Assembly (NCBI GenBank): GCA_028534125.1
Contig: CM052842.1
Location: 26,412,001 to 26,476,000, forward strand
Length of the DNA stretch: 64,000 nt
Reading direction: 5' to 3'
Origin: Lama glama
Taxonomy: Eukaryota
Under the pieces are notes generated by a model. It was given only the letters and a program-made list of their open reading frames with translations. It was not told the origin of the DNA and did no database searches. Positions 38,911 to 51,924 of this stretch are shown here, in pieces. The position numbers and the translations under genes are program-made. How positions within the stretch are numbered: position 1 is the stretch's first letter; every line of letters begins with the position of its first letter.

Positions 38911-40124
38911 CATGTATTATTTCATTTCATTTACTTTTAATTATCTCATTTAATTACCCAAGGTGGTGCAGCAAGTGAGTACAGGACAGGGATTTAAACC
39001 CAAGACTGCCTGACTCAGGAGCCTGTGCTGTTAGCCCCCACTTCAGCGCTCTGCTCGCGCGTCCCCTGGGCTCAGTCACTTTCCTCCATGCTGAGCGGAT
39101 CACAACACTTCGCACTGTGGCCTTGTTGCATCTTTGCACTCAAGTGCTTTGGGGCCAGAGGCTGTGCTCTGCCCCCTTGCGTTGCCCACATCTGGATGGA
39201 GCTCGGCACTCCGTAACTGTTGGCCAAATAAATGAATAATAAATGGTCTTACTGAGCTTCAGAATATCCAGCAGGCTATTGGAGGATCAAGTGAGATAAT
39301 GCTTGAGAAAACGTTTAAAAAACTATAAGCCAATATACACTTGGTTATAGTCAGCCCTCTCCGTAGGAAATTCTCTATATTTAGGACAGGAACATGGCTG
39401 TTTCCATGTTGTACTCTGGTAATGGTTTTTCTGGTGCTTTCCACGAGAAATAGTCCTCCTCCCAGTCATGTCACTCTTATACTGGGGGACACCTAAAGAC
39501 CACTCAGCCCCACCTCCTAGTGCCCTCTCATCCCAACCTTTGGCAGGATTCCTCTCTGTGATGTTTCCACTGAGAGGTCGTTTGATCAGTGGCCCTTCTA
39601 ACAACTGGGCACTATGACCAAAATGAGAGTCAACAATGCAAGACAGGGGACAGGCTCCACACTGTCCCCAGATGTACACCTGAGTTCTCCCTTCCTTGCC
39701 TCTGCACACATTCTTTTCTCCTCCACAGTCCAGAGTCCTCTGTCAAGGTCAAGTTCAAAGTCACCTGCTCTGCAGAAGTCTTCTGAGTCCAGCAGGGGCA
39801 CCAAGGTCCCTTCTTTTCTTGCTGTGTCCTTTTGTTTTTAACTCTGTTCTAAGACATATCACATTATACTTTTATTTGTGCTTTTTTATAAGCCCCACTT
39901 AATCACTCCTTCTAACTACTACCTCCACTCCTCACAGGTGAGAATTTCCAGGGCAGAGACTGTATCTCACTCTTTTAATTCTCCAGCACCTGCCTCAGTG
40001 CCTGGCACTTCTGGTAATTCAATAAAGGCTTGTTAAAAAGATGAGTAAATGCATGAGCAGAGGGGGTAACACTGTCTATGTCATTAGGCAAACTCAGGTC
40101 CAAATCCCACTGATGGACTATACT

Positions 40125-40372
40125 CATTCATTCAGCCAAATTTGTATTGAATGCCCATTACATTCCAGACACCCTGCTAGACACTAGCATTGGATGATCA
40201 GGACAGGGTCCCTGCCCTCACAAGCTTATATCTGAATAGTAGAGACTGAAAATAAATAAGCAAATCAGTAAGTAAACAAGCTATCTATCTACAGATTCTA
40301 ATATGTCCTGTGAATGAACTGAACGGGGGTGGGGGGGTATGACAGAGGACATGAGGTTGGCAGTGGACAACT

Positions 40373-40419
<47 letters not shown>

Positions 40420-40480
40420 GAGGAAGGAGAAGAGACAGGGAAAGGCTCCCTGGGAAAATTTGAGCTGAGTCCTGAAGAAC
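40125..40480 (-). mobile_element. L2 3' end (antisense) containing (TTTA)12 at 40372-40419
   Basis: 'tcattcattcagccaaatttgtattgaatgcc...gtccctgccctcacaagctta'; microsatellite counted directly. Confidence 0.75.
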
Positions 40481-40489
40481 TGAGTCTTT

Positions 40490-40599
40490 TTTTTTTTTTA
40501 AACATTTTTTATTGATTTATAATCATTTTACAATGTTGTGTCAAATTCCAGTGTTCAGCACAATTTTTCAGTCATTCATGGACATATACACACTCATTG
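40490..40599 (-). mobile_element. Young, heavily 5'-truncated L1 insertion with a perfect 14-bp TSD
   Basis: AGAACTGAGTCTTT at 40476-40489 and 40600-40613. Poly-T then 'ttttattgatttataatcattttacaatgttgtgtcaaattccagtg' is an antisense L1 3' terminus. Confidence 0.85.
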
Positions 40600-42399
40600 A
40601 GAACTGAGTCTTTAAAAAAGAAAACAACAGGAGTAAAAACAGGAGCTAGCCACAACCAGAAAAAATTTGTTTCTCTCCCGAAGGCTCAGTTTCCTCACCT
40701 GTAAACTGAAATAAGAATAGCACCCGCTTCGAGGCTTTTTTGAAGCTTAAATGTACTGAAACACTTAGCACAGTGCAGGACACCTAGAAAGCACTCGATA
40801 CATCTTAGCTCTTACCAATTACAAGGTAACGCTATAGAAAGGAAGCGAGGGTGCAGTCACGCGGTCCTCTGTCATCACCACTTCCTCTCCAAGTTTTCCC
40901 AAGCTACCTGTTAAATGACACACTTAAGAATATTCCTGGCACTGACCTCAATCTCTTTGGTCTGTGGTTGCTAGAATCCCTTTAAAATGAGTGTAAATAC
41001 TTAATAAGTTTGATAAAGGGAGCAAATCAAACGTGACACCATATGTGAAAGCCCTATGCGATGGTTCTTATTCCTACTGCCATTTCTGCAGACTTTCTCC
41101 GTAGTTTCTGGACTCCTCGTGTTCTGGCTGCAAGCACATCATTGAGCTGGCCAGCCAAGGACCTTCCTAAAGCCAGGCCCCTGAGACTGAACATGGGACT
41201 TCAAGTGGGCTCTGGCAGAGACGAGAGAGCTCCCTCCGGTCCCAGCGCAGCCTTACAACTAGGAGACAAGTTGGTTAGAACCCAAGTCCACTGCCCCCAG
41301 ACCAGCCATACGCACTCACGGCATCCTCTGGACCAGCAGGTGAAAAAAGGGTTGCTCTTTCTTTTTAAATTGAAGTATAGTTGATTTACCATATTGTGTT
41401 AGTTTCAGGAATTCCAAGGCACTCACAAGGCTGGTCTTATCTACTGAGCAGGATCAAGGAAGGATCTTGCATTTGTTAACTAACATGTGCAAAGAGGAAG
41501 ATTCTAATCTCAGAGACAAAAGCATTTCTGCAGGTCAAAATCCTTTGAATCTGTGGTTTATCTGATACGCGTGTGTATGTACATATATGCATGCATATGA
41601 GAGACGAGAAACAGCACTGGCTTCATGCTCTAAGCCACTGACTCTTGCAGATGTGACTATTTTACATATCCATATTTTCACGTCTGGCCTTAAATGTCAA
41701 CATAAGCAGAAAGATGCCAAGGAGAGTGGTGGAATAAGGGCTTAATTACAGGGACCTTTGCACAGCTAACACGCCAATAATTTGCCCAGCTGAGTGATTC
41801 AGCAGTAATTCTGCCAGGTTCCCAAAGAAAGCCCATATCTGGGATGACGTAATGTCTCTCCACCCCGATGCAGTCGTCTCTGCACACCCACTGTCACACG
41901 TCTCCTCTGGAGAGCCACAATTCCATCTGTGGAATTTTCAGTTACCATCTGCATGGTGACAAATATGTGTTTTATTATTTAAATGATATTACAATGTACA
42001 ATGTTGCTGGTCTAGCCCTTCACGTTTAAAAATTCAATAGAAAAATTAAGACAGAAAAAATCCTAGCCTCTGGTGAGTGATATATTGGCAAATCATGTCT
42101 GCAGAATGCCTCCAGTATCTCAAATTGGATATTTGATCCATGTAGCCCATGAATATTTATATTTTGAGGCGAAGTGATTGATTTAATTTATCACTGGAAA
42201 TTGAGGTGGCTGTCTAGACTTGCTACGTGGTGAGCCTTGCAGAGAATATGAAGAGGAAGGGACCCTGGTCCTACCCCGCTGCAACTTGTGTGGGGCTGCC
42301 CGGGACTTCTGCTTGCCTACCTCAGGTTCATCAGTCTCCTCCATCTTTCTGACCAGGCAAGTGCTCAGGGAAGGTGCTCTTATCCTCATCTAAACTAAT

Positions 42400-42815
42400 T
42401 CTGGTTTTCCTTGCCACTCTTGGCTAGGCGTGTCACTTGTTTCATTTCAGTTTATTTCAAAGAGAAATGGAAGGAGATCTGCTGGGGGTTGTAGGGGAGT
42501 TCTGGGGACTTTTTTTTTTTTTCCTGATAAAAAAAGATTCAAAGAATAAGTAGCTCCTTTTTTTCTGCTTCTGGACTTTGTTGTGATACAAGGAACTTCT
42601 GCAGCCATCTTGTAGACATGAGGGGAAGTAGCTGGAAGGACGACAGAGATGGCAAAAATCTGCATTCTTGATGTTGATAAGTTACTGATCAACTGACCTA
42701 GAGCTGCCCCTACCTCCAGACTTCTCATTATAAGAAATACTGAATCCTTTGTTATTTAAACTGCTTGGATGGAGGCTTTCTGTACATAGAAACTGAAAAC
42801 ATTACTAAGTGAGGC
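42400..42815 (+). mobile_element. MaLR LTR (MLT1K/L-like)
   Basis: 'tgcagccatcttgtagacatgagggg...ctacctccagacttctcattat...tgttatttaaactgct'. Confidence 0.65.
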
Positions 42816-42986
42816 AGTGACTTGCAAGCTTTTTGACCATAAACCAAAGTGAGAAATATGTTTACATGCAATGCACTCTAAAATCTTCTGTTTTATCCTA
42901 TTTCATTTTAAAAAATTCAGGTCATGACCCACTAAAGTGATTTCAAAACTCACTGGTGGATCCTGACCCACATTTTGGAGAACAGT
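42815..42986. mobile_element. hAT-Charlie MITE
   Basis: Starts 'cagtgactt...ctttttgacc' and ends 'gacccacattttggagaacagt'. Confidence 0.5.
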
Positions 42987-45322
42987 AAAGTCATAAGGGA
43001 CATAAGCTGCTGTGATATAATGGAAAGCAAAATGTGGTAAGTGTCATAAAAGACGTACTAAGAAAATGCTGTCGTAAGAGAATGATCACTTTGAGTTTGG
43101 GGAAACAGGGAAGTTTTCCTGGAAGGGCTGGACCTTGGGAAAAACAGCTACATTTTCAGCAAGAGAAGGGGGTTTCAGAAACCATAGGAGGAAAGGCAAG
43201 ATGGTAGACAGCACAGATAAATGCCAGCACCAGTGGGTAAACCTGGGCAGAGGCCGACGTGTATGGTTTGGGGAGTGGTGAGTAATAAAGGCTGACTTGG
43301 GTTTTAGGTCATGTACAGCCTTGAACAGCAGGCAGATGAGAGGCCATAGGAAGGCCTTTGGGAAGGGCTGGGTCTAAGGAAGTCCAAATGGTGGCCGTTG
43401 CAGGTTGGGCTGAGTCTGAGTCATATCAAAAGCTCAAACTGGTCGAGTCTGAACTTGAGGCAAATGAGAAGGGCCTCTGCTCCGGGGGGTCAGCTTCTGC
43501 CCCGTCCCATCCTTCTGCCTGCAGTCGCCGTAAACCCATTTCACGCAGGGGGCTCCTCTGTCTACCAGGATGTGCACTGCTTTTTAATGGCGAACAAAGA
43601 GTGAGCTGGTCTTTCCAAAAATCCTGCCTGGCAGCCCCCAGTTTAAACCAACAGTGCTGCTGTGGGGCTTCTCCTAAGTGAAGCCAACAGAGAGAGCAAG
43701 AGTGGCCCATGTGCAGTTTCGGAAAGGACGACAACCCCTGACCTCCCCTTGTTCCTCTTGTACCCACCAGCCTGCCTTCAGATGCCTTCATGTTCTCTTA
43801 GATCCAGCCCCCAAAGGTGGGCTGAGCCTTGCTACTTGGCACCTCCAATGTTAAAAAAAAAAATCGGTGGAAGAGGATTGGAAATTGCTGGTTCACTTGG
43901 GTGTTTGTGCTCCCCGTAGATTTTAATTACCTATGTCGTTCTGTCCCTACTCTCTCCCTGAAAACCGAGAGTTGATGCTCATGAGGGAAATTAATCAGAA
44001 CAAATCTGTGCCTTCTCTTTTCTTATACCCAGAGACCTAAGGGATTGGCAAATCAGAGTGGACTTTTACTGGGACACCAGATACTGGAGACTTGAACCAG
44101 ACTTTGATATATCTGACATGGAGTCAAGTTTATTCTTCCCCTCGCCCCTCAAATGTGACAGTTTCTTAATATTTCAGACCCCATGATCAGATTTTTGGAC
44201 ACTGTTTCTATCCTGACAGCTGATACTCTGTGGTTTGGCCAGAGGCTCCTACATTTCTGCCCTCACTGGCTGCATATGGAAAATTACAACTAATGGTCTA
44301 CCCTTTGGGAGCACAAAGAAAATTAATTACTTCGTTAGAGGTGGGTGGTAGTATGATGGAAAATACCAGCTAGCTACATTGGACCCCAAAGCCTGAGAAA
44401 TCAAGCGATACATTAGCATAATTACATGAATTCTGCTAGACAGCTTCAAGTGGTTTATTTGGGCTTTTCTTTGTAGAATCTTTCAAGCCCCCCAGGTGTT
44501 AGAACATAAGAATGGAGTTAATCCCATGAACAAAACTAGGTGTGGGGGAAGAGCAGACAGGCGGGTACCATTCCTCTCAAGATAAAATGGTGGACAAATG
44601 GATACAGAGCCTGCCTTCCTCTGGGTCCCATCTACCCCCTTGCACAAATCCTCCCACTGCACCTCTGAATTCCCACTGTTTGTACCTGTTGAGGTACCTG
44701 CCTCTTGACAGGAATGCTGGGACAGGCCGGTGACTTACTCATCTCAGGATCCCCAGAATCTAGTACAAAAACGTTGCTTGAATGAATAATTAAGTAAATG
44801 AATAAAGCCTGACTAACAGCAAAGGTTCTTCTCCTAGGATTCCTTTGCCAATAACAGCTCAGGATCAACTCTTCTAGAACCTTCTGTTGTTGATTTTCTG
44901 ACCACACCTCCTAAGGCCTTGTCAGGGGCCAAAGTCAACTCTTCTTGTAGCTGTTTTACTTTCCTTTTCACATTTTTATTTCCTTCATGGACATTTATTC
45001 AAAAACTATTTCTAATAACTTACTTCAATAACATTTTCCCTACCTTTAAAAGTAACACAAGCCCATCTGTAGCCAGAAACGTGTAAAGGAAAATATCACA
45101 CCTGGAAGAGGGCCTTGCTGAAGTCCGTCCCCGCCACCTGGATGACAGTGACGCCCGTCTCAAGCACTTGGAACAGTGGCTGTCATCCTGACAGCGCCAA
45201 CACCCTCTTTTTATAATGAGTATTTTTATAACTTCTTTTTTACTACATTGACATGAATTTTATAGATAATGTAATCTATCTGTACACATCATTTCAAACA
45301 ATTCCATAGCCATTTTGTAAAG

Positions 45323-45642
45323 TGTTATGAACAGTATGTTTGTGCCCCCCTAAAATCATATGTTGAAATCCTAACCCCCAAAGTGCTGGTATTAGGAGGT
45401 GGAGGTCTTTGTTGGGTGCTTGGGTCCTAAAGGTGGAACCCTCATGGATGGGACAGGTGCCCTTATAAAAGAGACACCCAAGTTCTCTTTCTACATCAAG
45501 TGAGGATACAAAGAGAAAATAGCCATTCACTCTCATGTGAATCTGATCATGCCAGTACCCTGATCTTGGATTTCCAGCCTCTAGAACAGGCAAAAATAAA
45601 TTTCTCTTGTTGATAAGCCAACTGCCTGAAGTGACTAAGACA
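45323..45642 (+). mobile_element. MaLR solo LTR (MLT1A/B-like)
   Basis: TG...CA termini; 'tcatatgttgaaatcctaaccccca', 'cccttataaaagag', 'ttccagcctctagaac...aataaatttct'. Confidence 0.85.
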
Positions 45643-45834
45643 CAGTAGAATTAAAAGGATAATAATTTACAATACAATAGCAATATTTGCAATACAAAAG
45701 TCTTTCAACGTTCAAATGCTCAGCAGGACGACACTAGAAGAAATGAATAACGTTGCAGGTGCTCAGGTCCATACCCAGAATCACTGAGAACGGGTTGCTA
45801 GCAGTGCAGGAGACACACATTCCATGAGTGTTGC

Positions 45835-45972
45835 TTTTTTTGTTTTTCTTTGTTTTTGTAGAGGGAGGTAATTGGGTTTATCTATTTATTTTAACAGAGG
45901 TACCGGGCATTGAACCTGGGACCACGTGCACGCTAAGCATGCACTCTGCGACTGAGCTATACCCTCCTCCCC
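45835..45972 (-). mobile_element. tRNA-derived camelid SINE (Vic-1-like)
   Basis: Reverse complement reads GGGGAGGAGGGTATAGCTCAGTCGCAGAGTGCATGCTTAGCGTGCACGTGGTCCCAGGTTCAATGCCCGGTACCTC...AATTACCTCCC followed by an A-rich tail. Confidence 0.85.
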
Positions 45973-46829
45973 ATGACTGGTGTTGACATTGCTAATGTGA
46001 TTTTCCAAAATGGGGAACAAATTCTTGGAAAAGTTCTAAACAAAATAAAGCTCCGTGTTCTCTTGATGTATGCAGTAATTGCTTTCCTGAAAAATACAGT
46101 GCATTTAACAAAAGCTTTGGGTTTATAGATTAAAAACAAAAAAGTGTTATGTTTTAGCTCAGATATTTTGAACCGTTTCTTCATCTGTGTAAAGATGTTC
46201 CAAACTCGTGCAGGTCCTAGGAATGGGTGCCCCACAGATTGTGGGCCCTTCTCCATCTCCCATCTTGACGTCTCTACCCAGCAATGGTCACGGCCCTCCT
46301 TGAATCATGGAAACAATGGAAAATGCCCCAGTTGAGAAGCACAGATCCAAATGATCCCTTGTCCACCCATCCCCCTGTCCTGTGATGAAACACAAGGGGA
46401 ATTCTAGTGATGGCCTTTGGCACAGAGTGTTCCTACGTGATAACCAGAAGCACGGGTGCATAAACAGTACTTTCCTCTGCCTGTGGTGGTTCTACGAGGG
46501 TGTGACATCTGGGGACGGCAGCTGTCTTGCTGTCGTCAGGAGAGCCAGCCTGAGGAAGAGGCCAGTACGCGGAGCAGGCAGAGCAGAAATGTGGAAAGGA
46601 GCGGGGTACCGTATGACTTAAAATGAGCTGCTGAATCCGCCAACCCCAGAACTGCCCCATCTCCTTTCCTCCTGATGTGTTAAATGATTGTGCAAGCCGC
46701 TGGGGTTGGGGTTTTCTGTTATTACAGCCAAAAGCTTCTTCCCAATAAAACCACTCATATTCACACTGGAGACCCCCTTTCTGGGCTTCATTCAGAGAAC
46801 TGGTGTCTTTTCTTGGTTCCACCTTGGGG

Positions 46830-47050
46830 TGAGATGGTTAAAGAAGTTTCTAGGTTCACAGTCCAGCTCTGCTTTTACAAGCTGTGTTCATTTTGGCAAG
46901 TCCCTTCATCTTTTGATGACTCATCTCCTCATCTGTAAAATGGGGACAGTAATAGTTTAGTTGTAAGGACTGAGTTTACAAAGTTAATGTAAGGAAAGCA
47001 CTTGGAGCAGTGCCTAGCACATCACCCATGCTGAACAGTAGCTATGATGA
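46830..47050 (+). mobile_element. MIR SINE
   Basis: 'ctcctcatctgtaaaatggggacagtaatagt...cagtgcctagcaca'. Confidence 0.8.
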
Positions 47051-47229
47051 CAGAATCTTTTTCCATTTTTGATTAGATTTCTTTGGGTTGCAAATGACAG
47101 AAATTCAATTCAAACTGAATTAAGCAAGACAAGGAAAGTCCTTGGCAGCTGAGGGTACTGGGGTGGGTCACAGAATCAGGAGTTGCTGCTGGGATCAAGA
47201 CCTCGGGGATCGGATGTGGTGGTTCTACA

Positions 47230-47407
47230 CAAGTGGTTCGTATCCTTGGCTGCCCGTCAGAATCATTCAGAGGAATTTTGAAAGTTCCAAGGCCCAGGCT
47301 GCATCCCTGGCCAATCAAATAAAAATCCCTGGGGCTGGACTCAGACATCAGTAGCTTCAAAAGCTCCGCAGGTGACGTCAGCTGGCAGCCCCGGCTGAGA
47401 ACTGCCT
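47230..47407. mobile_element. MER5A (hAT-Charlie) nested in an antisense MLT1-like LTR (~47070-47660)
   Basis: 'agtggttc...ccttggctgc...agaatca...aaaagctccgcaggtga...gcagccccggctgagaac'. Confidence 0.75.
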
Positions 47408-49329
47408 GGATCTCCCTTCACTGACCTTTGCTGCTCTCTGTTTGTTTCATTCTACAGAAAGCCATTCCCCCCATGGCTTCCATGTCTATCCTTCCATAAC
47501 AATCTCAGCAGAAAACAATGTTAAAATAACAGAGCTTCTTTCTCCCAGCATCCACATATCAATGGATCTGCCCTGCTTGGGTCTCCTCATCCTTTTTATT
47601 CTGATCACTGTTGCTGAGGGCTGGGGTACAGACCTATCCCTGTGGCAGAAACCTTGATTGACAACTCCCCAGAAAAGTTTGGCAGGGAGACAGAGCAAGC
47701 CCCTCAAAGATCTAAGAGGATAGGGCAGAAAACAAAGATCTATATACATCCTCAATTAAATAAGGCTAGTTACACTTCCTCTTGGTTGATATAATTTGTT
47801 GTCAGCGTGATTTGCCTTAGCCATTTATCGTAACCTGTGAGATCTGGGCTTGATGGAGCCTTGTCTTCACGTCTTTTAACCACTGTAAGTGAGGAGGTGA
47901 TTGCTTGGCTGAGGTGCTGCCTGGTCTGTCCCTTGGTCTGTCCCTTGGCTGTCTGGATGGAATTACAGGTTCTTCATTCTCTAGAGCCGCTTAGTCACGG
48001 ACCCCTTGCCCTGCCCACAGATGAATGATTTCTGCTCCAGGGTCATTTTCTAACATTACTGCCGCTCTTCAGTATTGACGACACAGTATTTCAATTCAAA
48101 CTGAAATCAAAGTTTCCATTTCCTTGAACTTTGGACGTCTCATCTCCCTTACTTGCTTATCTTAAGGTTGAAGGAGCTCTTAGAGGAATGCATTTTTTTT
48201 TCCTCCTAAACCGAAAGATGATTAGAATTCCACATGGAACCTCAGAGTTTGTGTATCCACCTGTTCTGAATGGTACACACCAAATTCCTTTTTCACACTG
48301 GACATTATTGAGAACAATAAAACTCATTCCCTACCTTCCAGAAAGTGAAGAATCTTTTAAGTCAGTCGGAGCAAAGTGCATTTGAGGAGACAAACCACAG
48401 TAAATACCTGTGTGTCATGAACAGAATGAACAGCAAAATCCAGCAGTTCGTCCCCAGCACATCTGGTTCCTGGAGGAGCTCATGCTCTGGGGTTTATTTC
48501 TGGGGCCCTGTCATTGCATGTTTTCTGAATTCAGCTCACTTCAGGTTTCACAAGTTTCTGGTGACACACTGAGCAGTTAATTTTGGTCTTGGTGTTTCCC
48601 AACCAGCTGAAGTCATTCCGGCCAGACGACAGATGAGTGATGGGGGAAACGGCTGCAGGGTGGACGCCGGGGGAGGGATGGACAGACGGCCTTCGCCACT
48701 GTGTGTGCTGCCTCCAGGGGCTTTTATGACAAACGTAATGTCGATCTTTTGGTTATTAAGTACATGTCTTGCTGGCCTCTTCCTGTTTTGCTCACACTTC
48801 GCATAGTTTCAGATGAAGGGAAAAGGGCCCCGGAAGAGGCTTTGCTCCACTGCTAGATGGAAGGACGTCTCCTCCCGTGCAGCCCTGCAGACAAGGCGCA
48901 GGAAAAAAGTCCGCTGCCACCCCGCCCAGGCCAGCCCCCTCACGTCCCTCCCCCAAGCTGGGCAGGAAGCCACCTGCCGCAGCAACGGTCACTGCTGGGG
49001 TCACCCTCCTCGTGTGTTTTACATTTCGCGATCTGATTCCCGTGTGAAGCCGCAGCATCCTCTTTGGTGTTCTTTGAAAGTTCTGTGTTTTTCCAGCTGT
49101 TCCACAAACCTTTGCTGGCCAGGGTGGCCTTGCACATGGCTTTCCAAAGTGACCGAGGCCGATGGCATTCTTTCCACCCGCAGGATCGGCACTGACCCTG
49201 CACCTTTGTCAAAGCAAATCCCTCCGCGTCCTTACTGAGTTTGCCTCACTTCCTCCTCCCAGAAAAAAGCTGCATGCGTCACTCTGGCCCGTGAGCAGCG
49301 CTGGACAGGGGTCACTGGGCACAACCGGT

Positions 49330-49830
49330 ATTAGTTTCCTCTGCTCCTGAATGTCATATAAATAGAATCACACAGTGTGTCCTTTTTGTGTGTGGCTTCT
49401 TTTGATCAACGCTTTGTCTGTGAGATTCATCCATGTTAAGCCCCTCTTATTCCTTTGTATGAATAGACCACAGCTTGTCAGTCCCCTTATTGGTGGACAT
49501 TTAGGTTATTTCCAGTTCTGACTATTGTGATTAAGGCTGCTGTAAGCATTTTCACACAAGGGGTTTTCTGGATGTATGGACTCATTTCTCCTGAGTATGC
49601 ACCTCAGGGTCAAACAGCTGGTCCTTGTAAGTATAAGCTTAGCTTTATTAGAAACTGCCCAGTGGGGAAGTATAGCTCAGTGGTAGAGTGAGTGCCTATC
49701 ATGCATAAGGTCCTGGGTTCAATCCCCAGTACCTCCATTAAAAATAAATTAAAAAAACCTAATTACCTCCTCCCCCCCCCAAAAAAAAATTTAAAAAAAA
49801 GAAACTGCCAGCTTTCCAAAGGGGGTTGTT
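49330..49830 (-). mobile_element. Old L1 (L1ME-like) fragment interrupted by a SINE
   Basis: 'catataaatagaatcacacagtgtgt...tgagattcatccatgtt...ggacatttaggttatttccagtt...gaaactgccagctttccaaag'. Confidence 0.75.
49664..49800 (+). mobile_element. tRNA-derived camelid SINE (Vic-1-like) with TSD
   Basis: A-box TAGCTCAGTGG, B-box GGTTCAATCCC, A-rich tail. Flanked by GAAACTGCC(C)AG at 49651-49662 and 49801-49811. Confidence 0.9.
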
Positions 49831-49864
49831 TTAATACATGTTTAATTCTCATAACAACCTTAAG

Positions 49865-51035
49865 TGTTCATCAGTCAGTTCACAACTGAGCACGGACTAC
49901 ATGTCAAGCCCTGATGTAGGTGCCGGGGTGGAGCAGTGAAGAGATGGACAAGGTCCTTATCACTGAGACACATTCTCGTGGAGGAGACAGGCAATAAAAC
50001 CTAAGCAAATAGAGAAGGTAATTTCAGATGCTGACGCAGGCTCTGAAGAATTGAGTATGTAACAGAGGTGGAGCTCTGCGGAGAAGGGCGCTGATTCACC
50101 CAGCACTTCCTGGAGGTGTCTTTGAGAAGCTGAAACCACTCATCTCCTGGAGGCTGGGGAGGGGTGGTCAGGGGGCATGGGGAAGTGTACTACAAGCAGA
50201 GGGACACAGGTACCACTGCCCTGGGGCAGGAAGCAGCATGGGGGGTTTGAGGAGAGAAAGGTCAGTGATGCAGTCATTCATTCATTCATTCATTCATTCA
50301 TTCCTTCCTTCAACAGGTAAATATAGAGCACGCTCCTGCTGTGTGCCAGGCACTGTCCTAGGCTCTGGGGATCCAGCAGGGAACAAATTAGGTGAGCAGC
50401 CTGCTGTCACAGGACAAGAAGGAAGGACGGTTTGGAGCAGGAAGCAGAGGCCAGGTTAAGTAGGATCATGTAGACCATGGAGAGGAGCTTGGGTTTTGTC
50501 CTGGAGACATGGGAAACCACAGAAGGGCCTTAAGCAGGGACGTGAAAATGATCTATTTATGGGGACAGAGCAAGGGTGGAGTAAGAGAGACTCATTAGAA
50601 GGCTGGGTAGGGATCCGGGCCAGAGACTCCAGGTGGGGACCACAGCTGTGGCCGTAGAAACAGTAAAAATGACCAGCATTGAGGATATATTTTGGAAATT
50701 GAGCCTATAGGACTTAACAGAGGACTGGCTCTGGGGCGGATGAAAGAGGAATGCAATTCAGATCCCAGAGCTTCAGCCTGAGCTCCTAGGTGAGTGGTGG
50801 TTCTGTGCACTGAGATCAGGACTGAGAGAGGAAGGAATTTGGTGAGGGAAAACAAGTTCCAGTTTGCTAAATTTGAGGTGCAAACGAGCCTTCCATTGTG
50901 AATGTTCAAGAGGCAGGAGTTCCAGGGAGAGAGGCAGCCCGAAGGCCTGACTTTTAGAATCGTCAGCAGGTAGATGACTCTAAATCCCCAGGACTGGATA
51001 GGATGACCTGGGAGGAGAGCGTAGGCTGACAAGGG
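49865..51035 (-). mobile_element. L2 elements (antisense, at least two pieces) with (TTCA)n at ~50274-50300
   Basis: 'cattcattcatt...tgtgccaggcactgtcctaggc', 'ggatatattttgga', 'aagttccagttt...tttgaggtgc'. Confidence 0.75.
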
Positions 51036-51169
51036 GGCTGAGGGAGGGTCTTAAGACTATACTGAGAGCTTCACAGCTGAGGAGACCGGGGCTCAGAGAA
51101 GCTGAGCTGAGCAAACTGCCCAAGGTCCCGTGGAACGACAGTCAGTCTTACTTCAGGGTCTGCCTACCT

Positions 51170-51390
51170 ACCTGCTTCACGTTAATGCGTAGGTTTCTCA
51201 GCTGTGCCATTTAGACATTGCGTGACCTCAAGTGAATTACTTAGTTTCTCGGGGCCTCAGTTTTCGACTATAAAGGAGGGGTAACAATAATTATACACGC
51301 TGCATAGGGCAGTGTGAAATATAAAATAAATTAATATAATTAAAGTGCTCGGAACAAGGCTCAGCACACAGTGGTGTCAGCTAATACTGT
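51170..51390 (+). mobile_element. MIR SINE
   Basis: 'gtgacctcaagtgaattactta...gcctcagtttt...aaagtgctcggaaca'. Confidence 0.75.
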
Positions 51391-51779
51391 TACGTAAGCC
51401 CCAGGCAGAGAACACGCCGGCCTCAGGGAGAGGTTCCAGACCCGCACAGCCAGGTGAGCTGCGGAAGACGCCAAACCAGGGAGGGTCAGCCTGGGTCTGC
51501 GGAGGGTAGGTCTGTCTCAGCCAGGAACTTTTTACACTGGTTCCAACATCTGGTCCCAGGGTGCGGGTGAATCTTGGGCATCCCACCCCTGCCACCCCAG
51601 CTCCCAGCAGGTGGGCTTGGCCCTTTGGACCCAGGACATAAGTGGGTGAGAGCAGGGCTGCAGACAGAAGGCACCGTGGCCCAGAAGAGGAGCAAAACCG
51701 AGCAAGGGATGGCTTTAGCAGTAGAAGTGTACACAGGAGCCCTGCTAAAGCCTTCCATTCTGCTCTTGTTGGTATTTAT

Positions 51780-51924
51780 NNNNNNNNNNNNNNNNNNNNN
51801 NNNNNNNNNNNNNNNNNNNNNNNNNNNNNNNNNNNNNNNNNNNNNNNNNNNNNNNNNNNNNNNNNNNNNNNNNNNNNNNNNNNNNNNNNNNNNNNNNNNN
51901 NNNNNNNNNNNNNNNNNNNNNNNN
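51780..51924. other. 145-nt N-run (unresolved sequence)
   Basis: Directly visible. Confidence 0.95.

Noticed and set aside
49664-49740. tRNA-like sequence with A and B boxes
   Set aside because: It lacks a proper acceptor stem, and has a SINE tail, poly-A and a TSD, so it is a SINE rather than a tRNA gene.
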